Shown: positions 19,534 to 30,039 of the stretch, piece after piece | How positions within the stretch are numbered: position 1 is the first letter of the stretch | How the letters are laid out: each line of letters opens with the position of its first letter | From: an uncultured archaeon | GTDB taxonomy: Archaea; Thermoplasmatota; Penumbrarchaeia; JASLWR01 | Assembly: GCA_964342815.1 (NCBI GenBank) | Contig: CAYFHS010000007.1 | Coordinates: forward strand, 80,754 to 144,753 | DNA: 64,000 nt | Direction: 5' to 3' | The notes under the pieces: generated by a model | Seen by the model: only the letters and a program-made list of their open reading frames with translations | What the model was told of the DNA's origin: nothing | Databases searched by the model: none | Program-made: the position numbers and the translations under genes

Positions 19534-21087
19534 TCAATGACCGATAACAGAAAGTATCTTCCTTTTCATTCTCTTTTTCGTGTAATAATCATGAACCACA
19601 TTTACCTTTTCCTTTGTTTCCGGATGCATGTTTGTCCAATACATGCAAGTGGAAACGGTCATGGGTGTAGGCGTGAAGAATTGAAAGTTCTCAATATTTT
19701 TCATTTTCCTTATGCGTCTCGTCAGGTACGAAATTGTATCCATCGTCTCGCCCGGATGACCGATCATCAGGTATAACCTGAGAGCCTGTTTTAAGCCACG
19801 GCTTTGTGCATTATACATGTTAATAAAATCCTCGAATCTATCATTGCATTTACCCATAAGCTGAAGAACTTCTTGTGAAAAATGTTCGGGAGCCACCTTC
19901 AGCGTACCTGAAATATGATGGGCCACCAGCTCTTTTACGTATTCGGGGCTGTCAACCGCCAGGTCGTAACGGATGCCGCTGCGGACAAAAATATTTTTTA
20001 TACCGGGAATCTCTCTCGCTTCCTTCATCAGAGAGATAAGTCTTTTATGATCCCGCTCCAATCTTTCGCAACCGATACATTCCCCCTCACTGCATTCAGC
20101 ACAATCCATGCCGTACATGTTTGCCGAGGGACCCCCCAGATCATCCACATAACCCCTGAAACCGCGTATGGAATTTAAAGATCCGATCTCTTTCAATATA
20201 CTTTTTTCCGATCGCGATATCAACCGTCTGCCCTGGTGCATGGAAATGGAGCAGAAAGAGCAGGTCCCTATACAGCCCCGATGGGTCACCACCGAATATT
20301 TCATGCCTTTCAGAAGAGAATGTTGATGCATTTTCCTGGAATAATTCAAACCGTAAATCCGGTCCAGATCATCAGAGGTGTATTGGGGATACGCGAACTG
20401 AAGAATATAATTATTATTGTATTCCTGGGCCAGGTTCCGGTTGATCGAAAAGGCGGCCTGCATCTCACAGAATTTATCGGGATTCCCCATCACGTCGCTG
20501 AAAGATGGAAGTACATGGAATGATTCGTCAATCTCCCTGGATAGAACACAGGTTCCCTCAATCCCCATCAGGTCTTTTCCGCCTTTCAGCCTGGATGCTA
20601 TCTCCAGAACCTGCTTTTCACCATTGCCGTAGACCAGAATATCCGCCCGGGAATCCAGAAGGATCGACCGTCGTATCTTATTGTCCCAGTAATCGTAATG
20701 GGCAAAACGGCGGAGCGATGATTCGATCCCTCCGATCACTATGGGCACGCCTTTCATCAAGCGTTTTATAGCGTTACAGTATACGATGACCGCGCGGTCG
20801 GGTAGGGAAAAGATATTGGAGTAGGGATCATCTTTTCTCGATCTTTTCATTGGAGTATAATTATGGACCATGCTGTCCACTGAGCCGGAACTGATCCCGA
20901 AAAATAGTTTTGGCCTTCCCAATCTGGTAAAATCCCTGTCCTTCTCCGGCCGCTCGATTATACCCACCTTGTATCCCTTATTATCCAGTACCCGGGCTAT
21001 CACACCCACGGGAGAGAGGGGATGATCATCCCAGTATTCCCCGCTGATGAGAATTATGTCGCAGTTATTCTTCGTTTTCGTTATCAT
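19534..21087 (-). CDS. YgiQ-family radical SAM protein
   Basis: YWDDHP, GGIESSLRRFAHYDYW, RGCIGTCSFC, DLGGPSANMYG, LKVAPEH, FTPTPMTVSTCMY. Confidence 0.9.
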   Translation of the reverse strand: MITKTKNNCDIILISGEYWDDHPLSPVGVIARVLDNKGYKVGIIERPEKDRDFTRLGRPKLFFGISSGSVDSMVHNYTPMKRSRKDDPYSNIFSLPDRAVIVYCNAIKRLMKGVPIVIGGIESSLRRFAHYDYWDNKIRRSILLDSRADILVYGNGEKQVLEIASRLKGGKDLMGIEGTCVLSREIDESFHVLPSFSDVMGNPDKFCEMQAAFSINRNLAQEYNNNYILQFAYPQYTSDDLDRIYGLNYSRKMHQHSLLKGMKYSVVTHRGCIGTCSFCSISMHQGRRLISRSEKSILKEIGSLNSIRGFRGYVDDLGGPSANMYGMDCAECSEGECIGCERLERDHKRLISLMKEAREIPGIKNIFVRSGIRYDLAVDSPEYVKELVAHHISGTLKVAPEHFSQEVLQLMGKCNDRFEDFINMYNAQSRGLKQALRLYLMIGHPGETMDTISYLTRRIRKMKNIENFQFFTPTPMTVSTCMYWTNMHPETKEKVNVVHDYYTKKRMKRKILSVIGH

Positions 21088-21183
21088 TTAAACGGGTCCG
21101 TAATCTATATGAGGGTTTGAATTTGTATCTTGCGGTTTCAGGGGTCGTCCCTAACCCTGTACGATAGGAAAAAGAAAGGGGTT

Positions 21184-21272
21184 TCAGGGGGAAGTCTGCC
21201 AAGTTATGTCTTGGCAGATGCAGTAAAGCCTGAAGGGGCATACAGAGTGTCAACGGGCATCTTTCCCCCTGA
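21184..21272. repeat. Small inverted-repeat element, MITE/REP-like
   Basis: 10-bp IR TCAGGGGGAA (21184-21193) / TTCCCCCTGA (21263-21272), enclosing a perfect 9-bp hairpin TCTGCCAAG-ttatgt-CTTGGCAGA. Confidence 0.55.
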
Positions 21273-21301
21273 CATACAAATACGATTTTTTCATCAAAGA
21301 A

Positions 21302-21949
21302 TCAATCCCAGGCCACATCGTCGTCTTTTTTCTTGAATTTGATAAACACTCTGCCGGCCACGAAACCTGCCACGGGCATCATCAGCGAAACAATTATGAA
21401 GAAAAAACAGGGACCGCCGGATGCAACGATCTCAATTTTCTCCGGGAGTGGAAGGTTAGTTACCACAAGCATGGTCAAACCTCTCGAGGCAAAGGCTGCC
21501 ACACCCACCAGCATACCGGTCCACCTCCCGAATTTCACTCCGGATATAATAATAATAAAAAAAAGCAAGGCGGTTAAAAAGAAAGTACCGATGAGACAAA
21601 CGGTGTTAAAGGTTATCAATTCCTGCTTCAGGGCTGGTGCCGAGAGGGGGACCGTCAAAATGCCCAACAAGAATCCCAGAAGTATGAATATCACGGTTAC
21701 GAATTTTCCATAGCCGTACATGCGTTTGTAACTCTTGGCAGTTTCCTTGGGACCGCCGTAATTTGCAATGGCAACCATTGCATTCTGCCTGCTCATTCCA
21801 CCGAGATCCAAAGCGCTTTCGTGGAGATGGGATCGCACCTCATCGAGGACGTTGTTCTTCGTCTTTTTCGACATAAATCGTAGTTTCTTTCGCAAACGCT
21901 TCAGATAATCCTCTATCTCGGGAGAGCTTTTGTTTGAATTTTGGTTCAC
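21302..21949 (-). CDS. PadR-associated membrane protein with a HAAS/DUF1700-like N-terminus
   Basis: IEDYLKRLRKKL...VLDEVRSHLHE...YGGPKETAKSY followed by TM helices. GTG start at 21949 overlaps the PadR stop; SD GGAGG. Confidence 0.75.
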   Translation of the reverse strand: MNQNSNKSSPEIEDYLKRLRKKLRFMSKKTKNNVLDEVRSHLHESALDLGGMSRQNAMVAIANYGGPKETAKSYKRMYGYGKFVTVIFILLGFLLGILTVPLSAPALKQELITFNTVCLIGTFFLTALLFFIIIISGVKFGRWTGMLVGVAAFASRGLTMLVVTNLPLPEKIEIVASGGPCFFFIIVSLMMPVAGFVAGRVFIKFKKKDDDVAWD

Positions 21950-22302
21950 AGGTATACCTCCAGAAGTTTTGTTGTTCCCCCGATCATCAGGTCCCACTGT
22001 GCAAGAGCAGCCTTGAGGGTTTCACGGCCCTTCTCGGTGATTGAATAATAATTGCGAGGTGGACTGCCCTCGCCCACCACCCACTCACTGATAAGATAAT
22101 CACGCTTCTTCAAGCGGTGCAGTATGGGATAAAGGGTCCCCTCTTTCAATGTGTAATAACCATCGGTTCCGGTCTTCAATTCCTTGATTATCTGGAAACC
22201 GTATTTACGCTCCTTGGAGAGAAGGGCGAGGACACAAAGCTGAATCCCGCCCTTCTTGAACTCCTTGTCCCATTCCTTTTCCTTCATGCAATCCTCATTC
22301 AT
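21946..22302 (-). CDS. PadR-family transcriptional regulator
   Basis: KKGGIQLCVLALL, YGFQII, EGTLYPILHRL, PRNYYSITEKG. True start may be ATG 22287. Confidence 0.93.
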   Translation of the reverse strand: MNEDCMKEKEWDKEFKKGGIQLCVLALLSKERKYGFQIIKELKTGTDGYYTLKEGTLYPILHRLKKRDYLISEWVVGEGSPPRNYYSITEKGRETLKAALAQWDLMIGGTTKLLEVYL

Positions 22303-22345
22303 CAGTTTTATTCGTTTTTTCTGTATGATCCAGCCTTAAGTACGT

Positions 22346-23929
22346 TCAATATACGTTATCTTTTTTGCGCCGTCTTTTTCTTACGACGCTTATTGATATG
22401 GCCACGGCTATCGCCACCGTTGCGATGGCAAACTGGAGACATACTCCGGTGGTGGAGAGAACATTCAGGCTTATGGTTGACAGCCCTTCTATTATGAGTG
22501 CTCCGCAGCTGAAGGTCGGGTCATGGAATATCTCGCCGCCAGCAGGGTAGATATAACCGCCCATGATTATGAGCGCATAGCCAAAACCGTCGTCATTTTC
22601 ACCTCTTCCCTGCTGGTTCTGTCCGGCGTGGACCTGATAGAACATGAAATCGGTGTCCCCGTCCACGTCAACGTCGCTGATCCATGAAAGCTCACCCATG
22701 CGATGCCAGTTGTCCTTGAAAGTTATGTGCTCCTTTGCCACGAGTGTGGCATTAGTAGGCATTTCGCGAGGATCGGAAATAGCCGCATCAACCATTTCTC
22801 CTGCATTGTCATATTCATATTCGGCCACGCCGAGAGCTCCTTCTATACCGGTCACGAACTGTTTGTCGAACCATTCGTTCACGATATCAGGCACGAATGT
22901 CCCGAAGATGGTGAAACTTTCGAGCATGAGTTTCGAGTTTCGGCTCATGTTTTTAAAATCCCACCCCTTAATGTAATGATCATACTTGTAATCGGCATTT
23001 ACGGAAATTCCCTTGAAATCCCTTTTTTCAACACTTTTGGTGTCGCTGATCTGCGGATCCTTACCTCCATTGAAATCCACTTCAACCTCGTACCAGGGAA
23101 TATCCTTTATCTCAAGGCCCTCTTCTACGGACACCTCGATATGAAAGCTGATCGTCACCTCTTCGAGACAGGTATCGGTAGTATTGTCGTTTACGAATTC
23201 AGGGTCCCAAACGTTCCCATTTCCATCGCCGTACTCGAGGTTCTCCGCTGTCAGAGCGAAATCGAATCCTAAAATGTTCGGGTCGTCATCGGGAATGATC
23301 TTGATTTCGCTTCGATTCCATGAAGTGTTCAGATCGAGAGCTTTGATTACCGGTTCGGTGGCGGTGAACGAATGTTCCATATTTCCCAGGCCCTCCTGGT
23401 TTCTTTCGAAATCCCAAAGATCGTTATCTGCTCCGATCACTTCCCCCACTTCCTCCATGAACATGTTCTTTTTACGGTAACCCACATCCTGGAACTCGAT
23501 AAAGCTGAAGAACTTGTGGCCGTAGACAGTGACAACGGGGATCCCTATTTTTTCCACTATTATGTTTCCTTGGGGGTCCATTATGGTGGCTCCGCCAAGA
23601 TACCGCAGCTGGAACGTGGCCATCATTATACTGTTGGGATGCTCTTCCGTGCCGTAAAGAATATAGAACCAGGCATCATTGCTTAATTTGAATGCCACGT
23701 AGTCGCCCATATCTCCGGCTTTCGTCTCATTTTTATCTTTGTTCTCATCCCAGGGCGAAGTGTTATTCTCATCAATAGTACCCGTTTTCATAACCAAGTT
23801 GCCATCCAGAAAACTCTGTTCGGATTCTCCTGCGAACGCCATTCCGGAGATCGAAATTACTCCTGTAAGCATCAGGGACACAACCATAATCGCTTTCAAC
23901 CATGTTATTTCCTTTTTTTCATCATTCAT
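22346..23929 (-). CDS. Hypothetical surface protein with N-terminal signal/TM and C-terminal TM anchor
   Basis: Hydrophobic N-terminus; C-terminal hydrophobic helix followed by RKRRRKK; SD AAGGAGGTG before ATG 23929. Confidence 0.7.
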   Translation of the reverse strand: MNDEKKEITWLKAIMVVSLMLTGVISISGMAFAGESEQSFLDGNLVMKTGTIDENNTSPWDENKDKNETKAGDMGDYVAFKLSNDAWFYILYGTEEHPNSIMMATFQLRYLGGATIMDPQGNIIVEKIGIPVVTVYGHKFFSFIEFQDVGYRKKNMFMEEVGEVIGADNDLWDFERNQEGLGNMEHSFTATEPVIKALDLNTSWNRSEIKIIPDDDPNILGFDFALTAENLEYGDGNGNVWDPEFVNDNTTDTCLEEVTISFHIEVSVEEGLEIKDIPWYEVEVDFNGGKDPQISDTKSVEKRDFKGISVNADYKYDHYIKGWDFKNMSRNSKLMLESFTIFGTFVPDIVNEWFDKQFVTGIEGALGVAEYEYDNAGEMVDAAISDPREMPTNATLVAKEHITFKDNWHRMGELSWISDVDVDGDTDFMFYQVHAGQNQQGRGENDDGFGYALIIMGGYIYPAGGEIFHDPTFSCGALIIEGLSTISLNVLSTTGVCLQFAIATVAIAVAISISVVRKRRRKKDNVY

Positions 23930-24112
23930 ATAAGGCACCTCCTTGACGGGCAGGCTCGAAGACGGCTCACCTGCCTTATCAATATTTAGTACTTAGCAAC
24001 ACTAAGTAGTTAGTTATATTTAAGGCTTTTCATAGAAAAGGCAATAGAAAAAATTGAGAATATATATGATATATTATGTAGAGAAAGGATGCTGCTAAAC
24101 GAGATAAAATAA

Positions 24113-27100
24113 TTAAAGCCCTTCCACGTCGAGTCCCCTCCTCCAAATCCACCGCTCCACCATGAACTTGTTTCTGTCCTCGCCATTGTATTTTTCAATC
24201 TTGAATTTCTCCCCTTTCTCCTTTCCCACGAAACCGGCTATCATCTCGCCCCCCTTGAATAGAACATACCAATCCCCTTTTCCGAATTTTCTGTGAATGT
24301 CATCATGTAGGTAATACCACAGAGGATCTTTGGGCGGGAGAATGAATTTACGGAACATCTTGATGCCATCAAGTAGCTCGAGATCACTTTTAAGAATATA
24401 ATGAATTTCCTTAGACTCCTCCTGAAGATATCCCTTTACGAGAACTCCCTTACGGGTCAGTTTGTTAACGGTCTCCCTCAGTTCTTCGAGCGAGAACTCT
24501 GCACCTACATATTGTCGTAATCTCGGAAGCGTAAATACACCATAATTCTCGAAAACATTCCTTATGCACTGCCTCCTTGCTCTTTTTTTCGAAAGGTTGG
24601 GAACTTCCCCCACCTTCACGTAAGTGTTCTTGGCATCCTTGACAACGTAAAGAGCGTCAATCAGTTCCTTTTTCTTTTCGAGATACACGGTTCTTCCCAA
24701 AGATGTTCTCTCGAACCATTTCTTGTCGCTGACCACAAAACCTGTGGGTATGACATCGAGAAGGTACTTCGCTGTGGGTGATATTCTTCTTTTCAACGCC
24801 ACCTTGAACCTCTCCATATTCTGAGTTGTGGTGAACATCTGCCTAGCCGGGATCAATATTCCTTTCACCAGATCATTGTATTTTGCGTAGGCGTTCAGAG
24901 TGATGTCGTCGTCCTGGGTTCTCAGCCGGATCTCCTCGGTACTGCTGACAGTCCCGAAAGTCTTTATCAGATCCTTTGGGTCTTCGAAAATATTATCGGG
25001 ATGAACGTGCTGTTTGTAGCATACATATTTCAGTATTTTGTCCATGGGATAGGTCTTCTCCACCATATTGCCCATAACGAGATAATCATTCATCACCACC
25101 AAACCCTCATTCTGGAAAGCTTCGATTATCCAACTACCCTCCGCCAAAAGCTGTTCCACGCTTATTTCGCTGATATTCTCGATCTTTATGACGTCTATAT
25201 CGAAATTGGAATAGAAATCCAGCAGATTATCCAGTTCCTTTACCAATAATGACAGGATATGGCGAGAGGTAATATTGTCTTCCGGTAGTGGGGCCGTCCC
25301 GGGACCCAAGCTGGAGAAACTTCTTTCGGGAGCGCTCGAGACCATTTCAATATTCAAAATCCGGATTGAATCCTTTTTCCTTTCCAACCTCAGAGCGGCA
25401 AGGGGTTCGTTACCTTCCGTTAAGAGATGGCTCCATATCCCTGTGAATCTCAAAAAGGCCTTATGCACGATGAGATGGAAATATGAATGCGTGTCCGAAA
25501 TTATACTGGTGAAGACAGATCTCTTTGCATTTCCTTCTTTTATCTCTACTAGTGTCTCGAAGTCCTTTGTCGTGACCAGCATTTCTGTGGGATAGGGATT
25601 CTCGACGAAAACACGCTTTATTTTTTCTTCAGCAAATAGCTCGGAGATTACTTTTTCGAGTTCCTCTCCGAAAAGCCTGCTGTGTTCCTGAAGTGTGCTA
25701 ATTGTCATAGGGCCGTATATACCGAGCAGATAGCTGACGAGGTCTTTTCTGGAATGGTTGATGTAACTGGCGATCTCTTCTTTTTTGGTTGATGGATCAA
25801 TTTTCTCAATTTCGTCTTCCCCATGGAAAAAGATATCGTCGAATGTTTTATTCTCAATATAAACAAAACCCACAGCTGATGCCATATCAGCCGAAGGAAC
25901 GTGTGCACGTCCCAACCAGAGATTTTTTTCCAGTCGATACAATGCCTCGTAAATCTGTGCCCTGTTTAGGTTAACTTCCTTGTATATCTTGGATCTTTTC
26001 ACTCCTGGATTCTGCATTATGTATTTCAACAGAGTCTGTTCGACAGAGTTCAACGAGGAAGTCCGTCTTGCCCATACGAATCGTGATACACGATCTCTTG
26101 GCAGGAAATACATACTGGAGCGGATAAAGCGCACCTGCAGCAGAACGGCGTCTTTGATGCTCGATAACCATTTGCTTTTTGTGAACCTTTTACTCCGCTG
26201 GAATATATCTAGGGGGGATCCGATGATATCGCCCTTTTCAAGTAAATCCTTGAACTCGTCGCGTCTTTCGAAAAACTTCCGATAAGCGAAATTGTTGAAA
26301 CCGTCGGTGGCCAGAACCACGCTCCCTTCATTTTTAAGCCTAAGGGAGCGGTAATCCCTGCGTGCGATATAATAATCGTGTTTGTCGTCCTTAATTATCG
26401 AATCCTTTATGACATCAGCCTCTCTCTCCAGTTCTGAAAGCACCAATAATAGGTTAATGTTCTTGAGAGCGAATGGGAAATGAGCTTCCAGCTCCCTATG
26501 GGTGAAAGGACCGAATCTGTGGAGAAAATCCACCAGCAGTTTCTTTATAATCTCCACCCTGCTCATAGGTACGGTCTTGTCACCGATTTCCCCCGAACTT
26601 ATCCTTTCCAAAACGGTATTGTATTCATCCTTTGCAGCCTTGACAAAGCCCTTGATGTCCTTGTAGAATGAAGCGTCCCTCCTGAAATGCTCGTCTACCA
26701 TCTCTCTTGAAAAACGCGCGGGAAAACCGTCAACACCAATGCTGCTCCCATATCCGATTATCTCCTCGAAAAGCTCTCCGCCAAGCTGCTTGAACACCAT
26801 CAATTTGGTTGCAAGGGATGATACGTCTGTTAGAGAAGTGACTATCAGCGAATGGGAGAATGTCGATGGCCGAGTGGAATAGTCCTTAACGTATAACTGT
26901 ATCTCACCTCGTGCGATCTTGTTTAATACCTTTTTAGCACCAGTAAGATCCATGTATTGATTCATAACCTCGTTATGGGCTTCCTTGAAGACGGGCATCT
27001 TCATTAATACATCTTGAGGAACGTCACTTAATATATCAAGAGCCGTTCGTTGTTGTTTCTTTATTGATATCTCGTATCCCTTATAATTCTTGAGAATTAT

Positions 27101-29473
27101 GAATCCCCTGTTGGCGCAATGAAGAAAACGCCGCTTGAACAGTTCGCTCTCCTGCAGATCTTCCTGGAGCGCACGTTCGATGTTCTGTGTGTGCAAGATA
27201 TTGAAAATGTCGTAGAGTTTGAATGATTTCACCTCTTCGAGAGTCAGCATTATACCGTTGTCGCTAATGCTGTACTTGATCTTGCCTCCGTATCTATTCG
27301 TAAGGAGGGGGGCCAATGCCCGGGCAATAACTTCATTCACTCTTTTTCCGAAAACGGAGTGAATGATGATGTGTTTCATACGCAGGTTGTCAATATACCC
27401 CTCGACCAGAATCTTTCTTCCCGACGGTACCACAAAACCCTGAACGATCTGTAAAAATATATGGTCCAGCAGGAGGTGGCAGCCCTTCTCGTCCAACGAA
27501 TATTGATCTTTAAGAGTATTTACAATATCCTTATGATAGAGTTTATCGAAACTTCCCGTTTTCTTCGTATGAAAATCTTTCTGTGAGATGGACAATTCCT
27601 TTAACAATCTCCTATCGAATCCCTTTTCCAGCAAACTCGCTTCCAGAGTCGAGAGGAACCTCCCTACATCAACGCTCAGATCGGTAGTTCTCGAAAAGAA
27701 TTCCCCTGACCAGGATGGAAGTGTCGGTGTAATCCCACCGGCATGTTTCACGTACACCATGGACCCAATTGCCTTGATGAACTGATATGAGCGGCCACCA
27801 AGAAGGAAAACATCGTTCTTCGTCAATTTCTCAACGAAGGAATCCGATAGAGTTCCCAGATATGAACCATCCTCGGCTCTTCGGACCTTGTACTCCATTT
27901 GTGCGGGTATGGTTCCCACATTCAGAAAATATATCATTCTTGAGAGCTGTTTTGTTCCAATTTCTTTTTCGTCTTTCGAATATAGAATCTTCGGATATAT
28001 CCTGTATTTTATCAGGTCTTCGGTGGAAAGGAACTCCAATATGTTCTTGAAACTTTCACGTGTAAGTCCTTGAAAAGGAGCGCTGCTGATTGCTACATTG
28101 AACACTTCGTCTTCGCTCTTATCGCCCTCCAGGCTCATTCCAATTACAGCTTGGGAAAGAACATCCTCACACATCCTGGGAATTGTGATATCGTCCATCT
28201 TTGACTTCAGGATGTTGCGGGCAATGGTGCAGCACTCGATCAATTCTTCGATCTCAAGGGCAATGAATCTTCCCCTGGTAACCACTCCCATGGCATGTCC
28301 GGCTCGGCCTATTCTCTGCAGTCCTCTTGAAGTGGACTTGGTGGAACCCAACTGTATTACCAGATCGATATGGCCCACGTCGATCCCAAGCTCCAGCGAG
28401 GAGGAGGTCACTACTGCCTTCAATTCACCCCATTTAAGTTGATCTTCTATCCGAAACCGCGTCTCCCTCCCCAGAGAACCGTGGTGGGTGGCAACACTGG
28501 TCATTCCCTTCTCTTTCAACATGTGGGTGATCTTTTCGGTCATATTGCGTGTATTCGTAAAAACGATGGTGGAATCGTATCGATCGACGTATCCTCTGAT
28601 CATCTCAACCGCGTTATCCAGTCGATCTTTGTAGAGCTGGTCCAGAGAATCGAAAGCAGGAATAACCTTAATGTCGTATTTCATGGAACCCTTGTATTCG
28701 ATTATGGTTATGTCCCGCCACTTTCCATCCGAGCGGCCTACCAGAAAACGGGCGATATCTTCTATTGGTGATTGGGTTGCTGAAAGACCGATCCTTACAA
28801 ATTCCCGTGCAACCATGTTCTGAAAACGCTCCAGCGACAGTGAAAGGAGCGTCCCTCTTTTGGAAGCCGCAAGATCGTGTATCTCATCGATGATCACATA
28901 CTCGGTTTGCTTTAATTTATTTACAAATTTTGAGGTGGAAAGACCTATTGATAGACTTTCGGGAGTCGTAATAAGAATGTGTGGGGCCGTACGGGTCATC
29001 TTCTGTTTTGCCTGGGCCGTGGTATCTCCGGTTCGCATACCCACACGTATCTCCTGGGGCAGCAATTCTTCAATATCCGTTAGCTCATTGACGTTGTTTT
29101 CACGTATCTCTTGCCCAACCCTCTCGCGGGCAACTTCGTATATTTCCTGAAGAGGAGTTTCGAGATTCTTTTCGATATCCCGGGCGAGCGCTTTCAAAGG
29201 TGAGATATAGACACAATAGGTTTTATTTTGCAGTTTATGATTTTTTGCCAACCGGTATAGGTGGTTTATGATCGAGAGAAAGGCGGTCAGCGTTTTACCG
29301 GACCCTGTGGGTGAGGATATCAGGAGATTCTCTCCTTTATCGATAAGAGGAATGGACATTCTCTGCGGGGGAGTGAAACTGGCAAATTTCGAAAGGAACC
29401 AGTTATGTACGTCCACATCGAATTTTTCGACTATCTTAGCCGTATCATAAGGTGTATTTGAATAGCGTATCAT
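24113..29473 (-). CDS. lhr: Long-form Lhr-family DEAD/H helicase with extended winged-helix C-terminal region
   Basis: SPTGSGKT, YISPLKALARDI, DEIH, GLSAT, HHGSL, SSLELGID, LQRIGRAGH; about 900 extra C-terminal residues. Confidence 0.9.
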   Translation of the reverse strand: MIRYSNTPYDTAKIVEKFDVDVHNWFLSKFASFTPPQRMSIPLIDKGENLLISSPTGSGKTLTAFLSIINHLYRLAKNHKLQNKTYCVYISPLKALARDIEKNLETPLQEIYEVARERVGQEIRENNVNELTDIEELLPQEIRVGMRTGDTTAQAKQKMTRTAPHILITTPESLSIGLSTSKFVNKLKQTEYVIIDEIHDLAASKRGTLLSLSLERFQNMVAREFVRIGLSATQSPIEDIARFLVGRSDGKWRDITIIEYKGSMKYDIKVIPAFDSLDQLYKDRLDNAVEMIRGYVDRYDSTIVFTNTRNMTEKITHMLKEKGMTSVATHHGSLGRETRFRIEDQLKWGELKAVVTSSSLELGIDVGHIDLVIQLGSTKSTSRGLQRIGRAGHAMGVVTRGRFIALEIEELIECCTIARNILKSKMDDITIPRMCEDVLSQAVIGMSLEGDKSEDEVFNVAISSAPFQGLTRESFKNILEFLSTEDLIKYRIYPKILYSKDEKEIGTKQLSRMIYFLNVGTIPAQMEYKVRRAEDGSYLGTLSDSFVEKLTKNDVFLLGGRSYQFIKAIGSMVYVKHAGGITPTLPSWSGEFFSRTTDLSVDVGRFLSTLEASLLEKGFDRRLLKELSISQKDFHTKKTGSFDKLYHKDIVNTLKDQYSLDEKGCHLLLDHIFLQIVQGFVVPSGRKILVEGYIDNLRMKHIIIHSVFGKRVNEVIARALAPLLTNRYGGKIKYSISDNGIMLTLEEVKSFKLYDIFNILHTQNIERALQEDLQESELFKRRFLHCANRGFIILKNYKGYEISIKKQQRTALDILSDVPQDVLMKMPVFKEAHNEVMNQYMDLTGAKKVLNKIARGEIQLYVKDYSTRPSTFSHSLIVTSLTDVSSLATKLMVFKQLGGELFEEIIGYGSSIGVDGFPARFSREMVDEHFRRDASFYKDIKGFVKAAKDEYNTVLERISSGEIGDKTVPMSRVEIIKKLLVDFLHRFGPFTHRELEAHFPFALKNINLLLVLSELEREADVIKDSIIKDDKHDYYIARRDYRSLRLKNEGSVVLATDGFNNFAYRKFFERRDEFKDLLEKGDIIGSPLDIFQRSKRFTKSKWLSSIKDAVLLQVRFIRSSMYFLPRDRVSRFVWARRTSSLNSVEQTLLKYIMQNPGVKRSKIYKEVNLNRAQIYEALYRLEKNLWLGRAHVPSADMASAVGFVYIENKTFDDIFFHGEDEIEKIDPSTKKEEIASYINHSRKDLVSYLLGIYGPMTISTLQEHSRLFGEELEKVISELFAEEKIKRVFVENPYPTEMLVTTKDFETLVEIKEGNAKRSVFTSIISDTHSYFHLIVHKAFLRFTGIWSHLLTEGNEPLAALRLERKKDSIRILNIEMVSSAPERSFSSLGPGTAPLPEDNITSRHILSLLVKELDNLLDFYSNFDIDVIKIENISEISVEQLLAEGSWIIEAFQNEGLVVMNDYLVMGNMVEKTYPMDKILKYVCYKQHVHPDNIFEDPKDLIKTFGTVSSTEEIRLRTQDDDITLNAYAKYNDLVKGILIPARQMFTTTQNMERFKVALKRRISPTAKYLLDVIPTGFVVSDKKWFERTSLGRTVYLEKKKELIDALYVVKDAKNTYVKVGEVPNLSKKRARRQCIRNVFENYGVFTLPRLRQYVGAEFSLEELRETVNKLTRKGVLVKGYLQEESKEIHYILKSDLELLDGIKMFRKFILPPKDPLWYYLHDDIHRKFGKGDWYVLFKGGEMIAGFVGKEKGEKFKIEKYNGEDRNKFMVERWIWRRGLDVEGL

Positions 29474-29626
29474 GCTTTGACCGTTTTTACTATTATCTAT
29501 ATAGTCTAGCCCAGCATACCACGGTAGAAGCTAAAGCACAACCTATTTATTATTAATATTTAAAAACGTTTGCACTGTTTTTATCCGCAGAGTCTTAATC
29601 CGCAAGTGAGAAGGAGTAGAGGTGGA

Positions 29627-29698
29627 ATGGAATCGAAAACAAAAGCGTTTGATCTAGTTAGAAAAATACGTCCGATAATTGGATTATTGGATAGGTAA
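29627..29698 (+). CDS. Putative 23-aa small protein (MESKTKAFDLVRKIRPIIGLLDR)
   Basis: Strong SD GAGGTGG just upstream, AT-rich TATA-like sequence near 29551-29566, downstream hairpin GGCAGGGG..CCCTTGCC. Confidence 0.4.
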   Translation: MESKTKAFDLVRKIRPIIGLLDR

Positions 29699-29964
29699 CG
29701 GCAGGGGACGAGCCACCAATTACTTCTCTGGGTACCCTTGCCGGATAGCTTCGAGACATTAATCCACCTTTCATTATTGACGACTGGATACTTCTTTTAC
29801 TCTTAAGTCATTGATATGAATTAGGGCATATGGCCCTGAGCGAATAAAAAAAAACCGAAATGTAGATATATAATCCTTCCTTTCAACTTCCACCCCGTTT
29901 TGGCATGCCAATGGCCTATCTTGTGATAGGCTGGTTTCATCAGCGGGTACTTTTCATCGCTAAT

Positions 29965-30039
29965 GCTCCCATGGTGTAGTCCGGCCAATCATTCTGGCCT
30001 TTCGAGCCAGCTACTCGGGTTCGAATCCCGATGGGAGCA
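29965..30039 (+). tRNA. tRNA-Glu (anticodon TTC), no encoded CCA, no intron
   Basis: Acceptor stem GCTCCCA/TGGGAGC; anticodon arm CTGGC-CTTTCGA-GCCAG; T-loop GGTTCGAATCC. Confidence 0.96.
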
